Positions 11,119 to 20,902 of a DNA stretch of 64,000 bases are shown here, one piece after another (the stretch's first letter is position 1; each line of letters opens with the position of its first letter). The notes beneath the pieces are model-generated. The model was not told the DNA's origin, made no database searches, and was given only the letters and a program-made list of their open reading frames with translations. The stretch is from an uncultured delta proteobacterium (GTDB taxonomy: Bacteria > Desulfobacterota > Binatia > Binatales > Binataceae). A program made the position numbers and the translations under genes. The stretch covers positions 2,848,001-2,912,000 of the forward strand of contig CAWEEQ010000004.1 in the NCBI GenBank assembly GCA_963808235.1. The letters are read 5' to 3'.

Positions 11119-12576
11119 ATGCATTTGTCGATGATGCCGCTTCCTAAACTTCGCGCGAAGCTCGTAGCGATCGCATGTTTCGGGATCGCGACTATCGTCT
11201 TAGCGTTTATCGCGCCCGATTCCCGCGCCGACAGCGCACCTCAAATCGATTGGAACAAGATCGATTCCGAAGCGCTCGATTATTTCCGCGCTTATCTTCG
11301 CTTCGATACGACCAATCCGCCCGACAATACCGCCGCCGCGATCGCATACCTGAAAGCCATCCTCGACAAGGAAGAAATTGCGACTGAAACCTTCGAGAGC
11401 AAGCCCGGGATGGTCACCCTGGTCGCGCGCATCCCGGGACCCTCGGGTGTGAAACCTCTGATGCTCATGTCGCATGCCGACGTCGTGCCCGCTGTGGGAG
11501 CCAACTGGACGCATCCGCCGTTCAGTGCTGACCTGAACGACGGTTACGTGTGGGCGCGCGGCGCGATCGACAACAAGGCGCATGGGATCATGGCGCTGAT
11601 GACGATGCTCGCGCTCAAGCGCAACAACGTTCCGCTCAAGCGCGGCGTCGAGCTGATGATAAATCCCGACGAAGAAGCGGGCGGCGAAAACGGCGCCACC
11701 TGGATGGTGCAGAATCACTGGGACGCGATCGATCCGGCGTTCGCGTTCAACGAAGGCGGCGACGGCTCGCCGAATTGGCTCGGGACCAGGGGCACGACCT
11801 TCCTGGTCGCGGTGTCAGAGAAGCGGGTGAACTGGCTTCATATCACCGTCCACGGCAAGGGCGGACACGGCTCGGTGCCGAGGCCCGACAATCCGAGCCT
11901 GATGCTGGTCAACGCACTTCATCGAGTGCTGGAAAATCAGCCGCCGATCCGGATCACGCCAATTTTCGCCAGTGCGATGCTTTCGATCGCGCCGCTCGAG
12001 CCGAGCCCGGCGTCGTTCCAACTCGCGCACCTCGATTCGCCCGGAACTGCCGAGCTTGCGACTCGCGGCGTGCTCAGTCCGTACAACGTACAGGCGCTCA
12101 TGCGCGATACGATCTCGCTCACGGTGCTCCACGCCGGACTCAAGGTGAACGTGGTGCCGACCACCGCCGAAGCCGCGCTGGATTGCAGGCTCCTGCCGGG
12201 CACCGATGCGGCCGCGTTTCTGAAGCATCTGCGTGAGCAGCTCGGCACGGGCGATTTCACGATTGACTATATCCAGCGGCCTGACGATGCTCCGCCGTCG
12301 CCGAGTTCCGGCGAGGCTTGGGACGCGATCAAACATGTCGTTGCGGCTGATTTTAAAGACTCAATAGTGGTGCCGTGGATGACGACCGGCGGCACTGATT
12401 CGCGCATGCTTCGTACGAAGGGCGTTCCCGCATACGGATTCGTCCCGGTGATCCTGACGCCGGAGGAAATCGCGCGCGTTCACGGCGACGACGAGCGACT
12501 TTCGGTGGACAATCTGAATCGAGGAATCAAGGCCACTTACGATTTGACGATCGATCTGTGCGCCGCGCAAAAGTAA
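11119..12576 (+). CDS. Exported M20/M25/M40 metallopeptidase
   Basis: Signal peptide; SHADVVP, RGAIDNK, DEEAGG, GGTDSR, HGDDE. Confidence 0.9.
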   Translation: MHLSMMPLPKLRAKLVAIACFGIATIVLAFIAPDSRADSAPQIDWNKIDSEALDYFRAYLRFDTTNPPDNTAAAIAYLKAILDKEEIATETFESKPGMVTLVARIPGPSGVKPLMLMSHADVVPAVGANWTHPPFSADLNDGYVWARGAIDNKAHGIMALMTMLALKRNNVPLKRGVELMINPDEEAGGENGATWMVQNHWDAIDPAFAFNEGGDGSPNWLGTRGTTFLVAVSEKRVNWLHITVHGKGGHGSVPRPDNPSLMLVNALHRVLENQPPIRITPIFASAMLSIAPLEPSPASFQLAHLDSPGTAELATRGVLSPYNVQALMRDTISLTVLHAGLKVNVVPTTAEAALDCRLLPGTDAAAFLKHLREQLGTGDFTIDYIQRPDDAPPSPSSGEAWDAIKHVVAADFKDSIVVPWMTTGGTDSRMLRTKGVPAYGFVPVILTPEEIARVHGDDERLSVDNLNRGIKATYDLTIDLCAAQK

Positions 12577-12580
12577 GAAG

Positions 12581-13009
12581 ATGGTCGATTTGAGGATCAA
12601 AACAAAGGCGCGCATCGAGCTCGTCGATATCACCGACAAGGTCAATCACGCGCTCGCTGAAATCGGCGCTGCGAGCGGGCTTTGCAACGTCTTCGTCGCG
12701 CATACGACCGCCGCTGTGATCGTCTCCGAGAACTGGGATCCCGACGTAGTCACAGATATGATTGCGCAACTCGAGCGTATAGTACCGCGTGAAAATGGTT
12801 ACCGGCACGGCGAAGGCAACTCGCAGGCGCATATCCTGTCCGTGATGCTATCAACCTCGATCAACATCCCGGTGCGCGGTGGCAAGCTCGTGCTCGGCAA
12901 ATGGCAGGGCGTGATGCTCGCGGAACTCGACGGGCCGCGCGAGCGCGACGTGATCGTGAGTGTCGCGTCTCAAGCGTCAGGCAAGAGCGGCAAGGCGGTG
13001 ACCCGATGA
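12581..13009 (+). CDS. yjbQ: YjbQ/UPF0047 family protein
   Basis: HTTAA, ENWDPDV, YRHGEGNSQAHI, LGKWQG, ELDGPRER. Confidence 0.9.
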   Translation: MVDLRIKTKARIELVDITDKVNHALAEIGAASGLCNVFVAHTTAAVIVSENWDPDVVTDMIAQLERIVPRENGYRHGEGNSQAHILSVMLSTSINIPVRGGKLVLGKWQGVMLAELDGPRERDVIVSVASQASGKSGKAVTR

Positions 13010-13845
13010 ACCTCGACGTGCCCACCGGACTCGTCGCCACCGTGGCATTCCTGTTTGGCGCGAGTGCCGGCAGCTTCGTCGGTGTGATCGCGTACCGGCT
13101 TCCGCGCGACCTGTCGATCGTGTCGCCGCGCTCGTTTTGCGAAAGTTGCGAGCGCGCGATTCCGTGGTGGGCGAACATCCCGATTCTCGCCTACCTCGGG
13201 CTGCGTGGGCGATGCCTTATGTGCGGCGCGCCGATTCCGTTTCGCAATTTCCTGGCAGAGTTGGGACTCGGCATCATCGCGCTTTATCTTTGCCTCGCCT
13301 TTCCACCTGCCGACGCGATCGCGCGCTTCGCGCTGTGCGCCGCGTTATGGGTCGTCGCGATAATCGATTACGACTGGCGGCTGATTCCCAACATCGTTAC
13401 CTGGCCTGGCACGCTGGTGGGATTGTTCGCAGCGTCGCTGCTGATCCCGGAGGTCGGCTGGAAAAATTCGCTGCTCGGTATTCTCTTCGGCGCCGGCGTC
13501 TTGTTCGGCACCGGGTATCTCTATCAGCTTGTGCGCGGACGCGAAGGCGTTGGTCTCGGCGACGTTTGGCTGCTCGGCATGATCGGCGCGTTTCTTGGCT
13601 GGGTTGGTGTTTTCTTCACCCTGTTCGTTGGCTCGGTTATCGGCTCGATCGGCGGAATCGCTTTTGCGCTCAGCGGCGGCGGCGCGGCTTCGACCGCCCC
13701 TCTCGGCGACCCAGCGACCGATCCCGAAGAAGCCGACGTCTCGATTCTGCGCACCGAAGTTCCGTTCGGTCCTTACCTGGCCCTGGCGGCCGGTATCTTC
13801 ACGCTCTTTCAGCCGCAACTGACCCACTGGTATCTTGGCCGATAG
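13006..13845 (+). CDS. pilD: Prepilin peptidase (A24)
   Basis: GSFVGVIAYRLP, CxxC...CxxC, IDYDWRLIP, GLGDVWL, VPFGPYL; ATGA overlap with yjbQ. Confidence 0.92.
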   Translation: MNLDVPTGLVATVAFLFGASAGSFVGVIAYRLPRDLSIVSPRSFCESCERAIPWWANIPILAYLGLRGRCLMCGAPIPFRNFLAELGLGIIALYLCLAFPPADAIARFALCAALWVVAIIDYDWRLIPNIVTWPGTLVGLFAASLLIPEVGWKNSLLGILFGAGVLFGTGYLYQLVRGREGVGLGDVWLLGMIGAFLGWVGVFFTLFVGSVIGSIGGIAFALSGGGAASTAPLGDPATDPEEADVSILRTEVPFGPYLALAAGIFTLFQPQLTHWYLGR

Positions 13846-13870
13846 GCGGGACGCTCAAATCCGGCAATCG

Positions 13871-14518
13871 ATGGGATCAGGTGTATTCATCACGCTCGAA
13901 GGCGTCGAAGGAAGCGGCAAGACCACGCAGGCCGCGATTTTGGGCGACGCACTGCGGATAGACGGCCGGCGCGTGACGATCACACATGAGCCCGGCGGCA
14001 CTCGCGCCGGCGAAACCATTCGCGCGATCTTCCTCGATCCCGCCGTCTCGCTCGACGTATCTGCCGAGCTATTGCTGGTGCTCGCCGATCGCGCCCAGCA
14101 CGTCCGCGAAAAACTTCAGCCCGCACTCGCCCGTGGCGAGATCGTGATTTCCGATCGCTACTCGGATTCCACCACCGCCTACCAGGGCTACGGGCGCGGC
14201 TTCGATCTCAAATTGCTCGACGAATTAAATCGGCTTGCGAGCGACTCGACATCGCCCGACCTGACCGTCGTGCTCGATCTACCGGTCGAGACCGGCCTCG
14301 AGCGCACCCGCGCGCGCGCCAAGGGTACCGGGCGCGGTTCCGACCGCTTCGAGGGCGAGCGCGCGGAGTTTCATCGCAAGGTGCGCGACGGCTTCCTCGC
14401 GATCGCCGCGGCCGAGCCGTCACGCGTGATCATTATCGACGCGGATCGCGCAGTCGCCGACGTCAGCCGGGACATCCGGCGCGCCGTAGACGAGCTGCTG
14501 AGCCGGCGATGCCCCTGA
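13871..14518 (+). CDS. tmk: Thymidylate kinase
   Basis: FITLEGVEGSGKTTQ, EPGGT, SDRYSDSTTAYQGYGRG. Confidence 0.96.
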   Translation: MGSGVFITLEGVEGSGKTTQAAILGDALRIDGRRVTITHEPGGTRAGETIRAIFLDPAVSLDVSAELLLVLADRAQHVREKLQPALARGEIVISDRYSDSTTAYQGYGRGFDLKLLDELNRLASDSTSPDLTVVLDLPVETGLERTRARAKGTGRGSDRFEGERAEFHRKVRDGFLAIAAAEPSRVIIIDADRAVADVSRDIRRAVDELLSRRCP

Positions 14519-15588
14519 CTTCGCTTCGCGGGCATCGCGAAATCGCAAATCGGCTTCTCGCCGAATTGCGCCAGCGCCCTTCGCATGCATACTTGTTCTC
14601 CGGTCCGCGCGGCGTCGGCAAGGCCTTGGTCGCGACCAGCCTTGTCCATGCGCTGATGTGCGAACGCGCGCCGGGCGAGAACTTCTGCTGCACGATCAGC
14701 GGATGCCCGGTGCGCGAGGCTCCGCAGGCCGAGCGCAGCCGCGCGCGTACCGCCGACGCCGACGCGCCCCGCTGCGACTGCTGTTCGGCGTGCGTGCAGA
14801 TCGCCACCGGAGTGCATCCCGATTTTTCTTACGTCTCGCGACCGGCAGGCAAAACCGACGTTTTGATCGAGCAGGTTCGCGAACTGATCGTGCGACTCGG
14901 GACGCGGCCATCGCGCGGCTCGATTCGTGTTGCGATCATCGACGATGCCGAGACTTTGAATATTCCCGCGCAGAACGCGCTGCTGAAGACGCTCGAAGAG
15001 CCGCCCGGCCACGCGATCATCATCATGGTGAGCGCGAGCGAGCGGGCGCTGCTCGATACGGTCCGTTCGCGCACCCGCACGGTGCGATTTCCGGCGCTGA
15101 AGGTCGCCGACCTGGAAGGTATCCTTGCGTCGCGCGGCGTGGAGGACAAGGCGCGCGCCGGTGCGCTCGCGTTGCTCGCGCGCGGCAGCGCAGCCCATGC
15201 AATCGCGCTCGCAGCCGGCGAAGAGCCGCCCCTGAAGGAGCTGCTGGCGGCGCTCAGCACCGCGAAGTCAATCGACTTCGCACGTGCGAATTCGCTGGCG
15301 CAGGAATTCTTTGCCAATCGCGAGGCCGCCGCCGCAAATTTCGAGCTGCTCGCACGGCTGCTCGAAGAAATACTATGCTGCAAGCTGCTCAAGGCGAACT
15401 TCGCGGCATTTCCGCCGGCAGCCTCGGAAACGATGGCGCAAATTGCACGGCGCGCTGGTGTCGACGGGCTCGTAAAGTGTATCGACGCGGCGGTTCTGGC
15501 TCTGGAAGCGGTCGAAGCGATGGCGAATCCACGCTTGCAGGCGGAGAATTGGTGGACTATCGCGGCGCAGGCGATGCAGGATAGTTAG
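14509..15588 (+). CDS. holB: DNA polymerase III delta' subunit
   Basis: HAYLFSGPRGVGK, HPDF, AQNALLKTLEEPP; directly follows tmk. Confidence 0.92.
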   Translation: MPLTSLRGHREIANRLLAELRQRPSHAYLFSGPRGVGKALVATSLVHALMCERAPGENFCCTISGCPVREAPQAERSRARTADADAPRCDCCSACVQIATGVHPDFSYVSRPAGKTDVLIEQVRELIVRLGTRPSRGSIRVAIIDDAETLNIPAQNALLKTLEEPPGHAIIIMVSASERALLDTVRSRTRTVRFPALKVADLEGILASRGVEDKARAGALALLARGSAAHAIALAAGEEPPLKELLAALSTAKSIDFARANSLAQEFFANREAAAANFELLARLLEEILCCKLLKANFAAFPPAASETMAQIARRAGVDGLVKCIDAAVLALEAVEAMANPRLQAENWWTIAAQAMQDS

Positions 15589-15610
15589 TTGACAGGTGGG
15601 GTAGAAGGCA

Positions 15611-16459
15611 GTGGGTCAAGACATCGATCCGTTTGAAGGCCGTCCGCCGATTCCGAAAATCGTCGCGATCAGCCTGCAGCAAACCGGCCATCTGTATAAC
15701 TTCCTGGCCGGAGACGCAGCACTTCGGCGCGGCGATCGCGTGCTCGTCGAGAGTGAGGCTGGCGCCCGGGTCGGCACGGTCGAGATCGAGCCGCACGAAC
15801 CGGCGCATTCGATCGATCTCTCCGCGATGCGCGCGATCATCCGGGTTGCGTCCGATGCCGACTTCGACGCCGAGAAAGAGAACCTGGCGCGCGAAGCTAA
15901 TGCGCGCCGCCTGTGCATCGAGCGGATTCGAGCGCATCGCCTCCAGATGAAGCTGGTCAACGCCGATTATACTTTCGACGGACGCAAAGCGGTCTTCTAT
16001 TTCGTCGCCGAAGGACGAGTCGATTTCCGCGACCTGGTCCGCGACCTCGCCAACTCGCTGCGGGTTCGAGTCGAGATGAAACAAATCGGCGCGCGCGACG
16101 AGACCAAAGTTACCGGTGGCCTCGGACCATGCGGACGCGAACTATGCTGCTCGAGCTGGCTGCGCGACTTCGAGGCGGTCACGGTCAAGATGGCGCGCGA
16201 CCAGGGCTTGGCGCTGAATCCGTCGCGGCTGGCCGGGATGTGTGGGCGCCTCAAGTGCTGTCTCCGCTACGAGTACGCCACTTACGTCGAACTCAAGCGC
16301 GCGCTTCCCAACCTCGGCAAGCGCGTTCAATGCGTAAAGGGCGACGGCAAAGTGATCCGCCAGAACATCCTGAAGCAGACCGTGCTGGTGCAGCGCGAAG
16401 AAGACGGCGGCGTCGTCGAAGTAACGCTCGAGGATCTGGTCGCCTCGCGCCCGCAGTAG
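15611..16459 (+). CDS. yaaT: PSP1/YaaT (RicT-like) Fe-S protein
   Basis: RVDFRDLV, QIGARDE, GPCGRELCC, GMCGRLKCCLRYE. Confidence 0.92.
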   Translation: MGQDIDPFEGRPPIPKIVAISLQQTGHLYNFLAGDAALRRGDRVLVESEAGARVGTVEIEPHEPAHSIDLSAMRAIIRVASDADFDAEKENLAREANARRLCIERIRAHRLQMKLVNADYTFDGRKAVFYFVAEGRVDFRDLVRDLANSLRVRVEMKQIGARDETKVTGGLGPCGRELCCSSWLRDFEAVTVKMARDQGLALNPSRLAGMCGRLKCCLRYEYATYVELKRALPNLGKRVQCVKGDGKVIRQNILKQTVLVQREEDGGVVEVTLEDLVASRPQ

Positions 16460-16516
16460 CCATTTCGTTCGCGGTTGTCGCGCGACATCGCGTCTCCCGC
16501 TATTCTCGATCTCCTG

Positions 16517-18058
16517 ATGGCAGACCGGATTCACATTACTAGCGCGATTATTTACAGCAACGGGCCGCCGCATATCGGCCATGCCTACGAGCTGCTCGCG
16601 ACCGACGCGTTCGCGCGCTATCAGCGCCGCAAGCTCGGCGCCGCAAACGTGACGTTCGTCACCGGCACCGACGAGCACGGCGACAAGAACAAACGCGCCG
16701 CCGACGCCGCCGGGCTGCATCCGAAGGCATTTGCCGACAAAATCAGCGCGATGTTCAAGCAGGGATGGGCCGGGCTCAACGTCAGCTACGACTACTTCGT
16801 CCGCACCACCGACCCGGTGCATCAAGCGTTCGTGCAGAAGATGCTCGCGCGCTCATACGATTGCGGCGACATCCACTTCAAGGACTACCAGGGCCTCTAC
16901 TGCGTCGGATGCGAGCGCTTTTACACCGAAAAAGAGCTGCTGCCCGGCAACGTCTGCCCCGTGCACAACACGCCTGTCGAGCCAATCAAGGAAGGCAACT
17001 ATTTTTTGAAGCTCGAAAAATATCGCGAGACGGTTCGCCGGCAGATCGAGAAAAATCCCGATTTCATCCGCCCCGAGCGTTATCGCAACGAGGCGCTCCG
17101 GATGCTCGACGAGCCGCTCGACGATCTCTGCATCTCGCGTCCCAAAGCGCGCCTCGATTGGGGAATCACGCTGCCGTTCGACGACAAGTACGTCACCTAC
17201 GTCTGGTACGACGCGTTCTGGGCATACCTGAGCGAGCTGCCAAAAACCGACGACGCTTCGCTCAAAGAAATCTTGCCGGTCACCGAGCACTTCATCGGTA
17301 AAGATATCCTCAAAACTCATGCGGTTTACTGGCCGCCGATGCTGCTGTCGGTCGGGCTGCCGCTCTTTCGACATCTAAATGTTCACGGCTTCGTGAATTT
17401 CGGCGGCGCCAGGTTGTCGAAGAGTTCTGGAAACATCCAGGACCCGGTGGCCTTTCAGAAAAGCATCGGAGCCGATGTCCTCCGCTATTTCGTGTTGCGG
17501 GAATTCACCTACGGACTCGACGGCGATTTCACCGAAGACCGCATGATCGATCGTTTCAACGCCGACCTGGCCAATGATCTTGGTAATCTGACCAGCCGCG
17601 TGCTCTCGATGGCGGCGCGATACTTCAACGGCGAGATCACTGCAACGCCCGGCGCCGGAATCGACGCGCTCGACTCGGCGCTCGCGGAAACTTTCGCATC
17701 GTTGCCGTCGCGGGTCGGTCCGTTGATTGAGGACCTCGCGTTCAATCGCGCTCTGGAAGCCGTCTGGCAAGCGCTCGACTCCGCCAACAAATATATCGTA
17801 ACGACTTCGCCGTTCACGCTCGCCAGGGATTCCGCGAAGATGCCGCGGGTCGCGCAGATTCTCGCCAACCTGGTCGAAGGACTTCGCGTCATCGCCGCCA
17901 GTCTGGAGCCGTTCATGCCGGTGACGTCGGCAAGGATTCTCGACTTGCTGAACGTCGATGAGGAGCAGGCGAGCGCGCCTTATGGAAAGGGCATCGTGAA
18001 CGGCCATCGGATCAAACCGACCACGCCGCTGTTCCCGAGAATCGACAGGAAAGCTTGA
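16517..18058 (+). CDS. metG: Methionyl-tRNA synthetase, short form without C-terminal tRNA-binding domain
   Basis: PHIGH, GTDEHG, YCVGCE...CPVH, YVWYDA, IGKDI, DLANDLGNL; KMSKS appears as RLSKS. Confidence 0.95.
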   Translation: MADRIHITSAIIYSNGPPHIGHAYELLATDAFARYQRRKLGAANVTFVTGTDEHGDKNKRAADAAGLHPKAFADKISAMFKQGWAGLNVSYDYFVRTTDPVHQAFVQKMLARSYDCGDIHFKDYQGLYCVGCERFYTEKELLPGNVCPVHNTPVEPIKEGNYFLKLEKYRETVRRQIEKNPDFIRPERYRNEALRMLDEPLDDLCISRPKARLDWGITLPFDDKYVTYVWYDAFWAYLSELPKTDDASLKEILPVTEHFIGKDILKTHAVYWPPMLLSVGLPLFRHLNVHGFVNFGGARLSKSSGNIQDPVAFQKSIGADVLRYFVLREFTYGLDGDFTEDRMIDRFNADLANDLGNLTSRVLSMAARYFNGEITATPGAGIDALDSALAETFASLPSRVGPLIEDLAFNRALEAVWQALDSANKYIVTTSPFTLARDSAKMPRVAQILANLVEGLRVIAASLEPFMPVTSARILDLLNVDEEQASAPYGKGIVNGHRIKPTTPLFPRIDRKA

Positions 18059-18223
18059 CCTAGCGCGCAAATTTCACGGGCAATAGCTGTCATCCTGTAT
18101 CGAAATGACAGACTTGCACGCTGGCAGCGCTCCAGCCCTTGCTTTAGCTGGAGGAATCCATACTTTGTTTTTCCAGTCCGCTGAAGCGAACGGAATCACG
18201 ACCGGAGCTGCTGGGAGGGGAAC

Positions 18224-20881
18224 TTGAGAAATCGACATCTGGTTGAGTCGATCCGGATCGTCCTTGCACAATCTGCCATGACACTGAGATCGCTGGGGAG
18301 GGGAATCGCGATCGCGCTACTCGCGTTTGTCGCGATTTCCCCAGTTTCAGGCGCCGCCTTCGCGAGCCAACTGGTCCTCAACAGCACCGGCGGAACCGCG
18401 AGCCTCGGAACGGATTTCACGCTGACCGGCTCGACCGTCGCAACTCCCGCCGGAACCGTGTCGATCGATTGTCCCATCACCGCCACCTTCACGGGCACCT
18501 ATGCGATCACTTACGATTGCAGTGGCGGCAGTTATACTTTCAATTCAAACGACGGCACCACCTCGGTATCCGCACCGTTTACTGCAGGAGCTTTGGTCCT
18601 CACCGCATCGGGCGGCGGACGCGGCGGCAACATTCATTACTACTACAACTTCTCCGGCAATTTCAGCGGAACCCAGACCACAAATGAAGTCGTGAACGCT
18701 ATCAACGGAGAGTCGAAAGCCTCGATCGGTCCGCTCACATCGAAGCTGGGAACGGCCACCGCGTGTTGCACCGCTACCGGCGTCAATTCGGCTTACTCCC
18801 CGGTCTACATCACCGACTCCTCTTTCTCCCAGCTGATTCGATCTGACGATCTCCAGGGGACGAACAAGCGGGTACTGGGCGGCACGGGCACCGGCGCGCA
18901 GCAGTTCTACGGGCCGCGCGGCGTCGCGCTCGACGCATCGGGGCGAATCTACGTTGCCGATGTCTATAACTGCCGCATCGATCGGATGGACGATATCACC
19001 GGCGCAAACTGGACCACGTTCGGCACCTGCGGGTCGGGCGCCAATCAGTTCAGCACTGGCGGCTTGGCCGATATCGCCGTGGACTCCAACGGAAAAATTT
19101 ATGTCGCCGATCCCTCCAACGGACGGATCGACAGTTTCGACGACATGACCGGAGCCAACTGGACCACGTATGGAACATCCGGCAGCGGCACCGATCAATT
19201 TATCGGCGCGACAGGAGTCGCGGTCGATTCGAGCAATCGGATCTACATCACCGACGCCGGCAACCGGCGCATCATCCGCATCGACGACATCACCGGCACC
19301 AACTGGACCACACTGAGCCAGTCGCCCGTCATCAACGGCTATATCTATACGTTCGGATCGCCGTCGCACATCGCAATTGATCCCACCACCGGGAAAATCG
19401 AAGTGGCTGACGGCAACAACGTGATCCGCGTCGACGACATGACCGGCGCAAATTGGGTCTCCGCCGGCATCGGCAACACCGTCCAAACACTCTCCATCGA
19501 CGACAGCGGCACCACTTTTCTCGGCGGGATGGGGCTCGCGATGCTCGACGACATCGCCACCGGCTCGGGTTTCAGCACTTCCAACATGATCACCTACCCC
19601 GGAGGCATTGTCGCGGTGCCGGTGCCCTCACCGGTGCCTGCGGTCACGGTTGCTCCGTCGATCCTGACCTATGGTGTGCAGAACACCGGAACGACCAGCG
19701 CCGCGCAGAACGTCGTCCTCACCAACTTTGGAGAAGAGGCGCTCGCGATCGGGTCCATCGGCACCACTGGCGACTTCTCGCAGAACAACAATTGCCCCTC
19801 GAGTCTGATCGCTGGAACGAACTGCACGATCGCCGTCATCTATGCGCCCACAAAGACCGGGCCCGCAACCGGCACGCTGACCATCAGCGATAACGCGTTC
19901 ACCGGTACTCAGACGGTCGCGTTGAGCGGAACCGGAACCGCGCCGATCGCCGCCATCTATCCCTCTTCGCTGACTTTCCAGACGCAAGCGATCAACACCA
20001 CTAGCGGCGCGCAGACGATTTTCCTCAGCAACTCGGGAACCGGTGCGATGACTTTTTCAGGCGCGGGAATCGCGGCCAGCGGCGACTTCGCCCAGACCAA
20101 CAACTGCGGAGCCGCATTGACCCCAGGGATAAGCTGCGCGATCGCAGTCACCTTCACGCCCACCGTTATCGGCGCGGATGGTGGCAGCCTCACGATCACC
20201 AGCAACGCGGCTCCGATCACCGTCAGCTTGAGCGGAACAGGAGCAAGCGCGGCTCCCAAAGTTGCCGCTTCGCCGGAAAGCCTGATCTTCCCGACCGAAC
20301 TCATCAACGTAAAGAGTGCGGTGCAAAAGGTTATCTTGAAAAATTCCGGGACCACATCGGTCTCGATTTCCGGCACCTCCATCAGCGGCAACTTCGCCAA
20401 GACGGGCACCTGTCCGTTAACGCTCTACGGTGGCAAGAGTTGCACGATAAGTGTGACCTTCACCCCCACCGCGGCGGGCGGTCGCACCGGCCTTCTGACC
20501 TTCTCGGTTTCCACCGGCGCAGTGACGGTTCCGCTAAGTGGAACCGGCGCCTCGACCGCGACCGGCTTCATGACCGTGTCGCCCACTTCCGTCTCTTTCC
20601 CCGGCACCGCAGTAGGAGACAACCCGGATCAGATCGTCACGATCACCAACACCAACGGCGTCCCGTCCGGGATCAGAACCATCGCCAAGTCCGGTTCCAC
20701 GACGTTCACAATCACCAAGACCTGCGGCACGACCTTGGCGGCCTACGCCTCGTGCACCGTCGACGTCACATTTAAACCGACTGTCGCAGGCAGCTTCACC
20801 GGGACCCTCACGGTTTCCGAAAGCGCCGGAACGGTGCACAAGATCCCGTTGAGCGGCTCAGCCACAGTCGGCGGCAGCTGA
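18224..20881 (+). CDS. Large secreted protein with NHL repeats and four ASH/choice-of-anchor-D-like Ig domains
   Basis: Signal peptide; repeats RIYVADxxNxRI...DDxTGANWTT; four Ig-like units (DFxQTNNC...CTIxVTFTPT...LSGTG). Alternative start ATG 18278. Confidence 0.85.
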   Translation: MRNRHLVESIRIVLAQSAMTLRSLGRGIAIALLAFVAISPVSGAAFASQLVLNSTGGTASLGTDFTLTGSTVATPAGTVSIDCPITATFTGTYAITYDCSGGSYTFNSNDGTTSVSAPFTAGALVLTASGGGRGGNIHYYYNFSGNFSGTQTTNEVVNAINGESKASIGPLTSKLGTATACCTATGVNSAYSPVYITDSSFSQLIRSDDLQGTNKRVLGGTGTGAQQFYGPRGVALDASGRIYVADVYNCRIDRMDDITGANWTTFGTCGSGANQFSTGGLADIAVDSNGKIYVADPSNGRIDSFDDMTGANWTTYGTSGSGTDQFIGATGVAVDSSNRIYITDAGNRRIIRIDDITGTNWTTLSQSPVINGYIYTFGSPSHIAIDPTTGKIEVADGNNVIRVDDMTGANWVSAGIGNTVQTLSIDDSGTTFLGGMGLAMLDDIATGSGFSTSNMITYPGGIVAVPVPSPVPAVTVAPSILTYGVQNTGTTSAAQNVVLTNFGEEALAIGSIGTTGDFSQNNNCPSSLIAGTNCTIAVIYAPTKTGPATGTLTISDNAFTGTQTVALSGTGTAPIAAIYPSSLTFQTQAINTTSGAQTIFLSNSGTGAMTFSGAGIAASGDFAQTNNCGAALTPGISCAIAVTFTPTVIGADGGSLTITSNAAPITVSLSGTGASAAPKVAASPESLIFPTELINVKSAVQKVILKNSGTTSVSISGTSISGNFAKTGTCPLTLYGGKSCTISVTFTPTAAGGRTGLLTFSVSTGAVTVPLSGTGASTATGFMTVSPTSVSFPGTAVGDNPDQIVTITNTNGVPSGIRTIAKSGSTTFTITKTCGTTLAAYASCTVDVTFKPTVAGSFTGTLTVSESAGTVHKIPLSGSATVGGS

Positions 20882-20902
20882 GAGAGCGGCAATGATTGCA
20901 CA

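Noticed and set aside
18075-18155. c-di-GMP riboswitch or sigma54 promoter before the NHL gene
   Set aside because: Lacks the GNRA/receptor pattern; the GG-N10-GC at 18123-18136 has a poor -12 element.
18870-19460. DGR-like template/variable repeats
   Set aside because: These are in-frame protein-level NHL repeats with no adenine-specific divergence and no reverse transcriptase.
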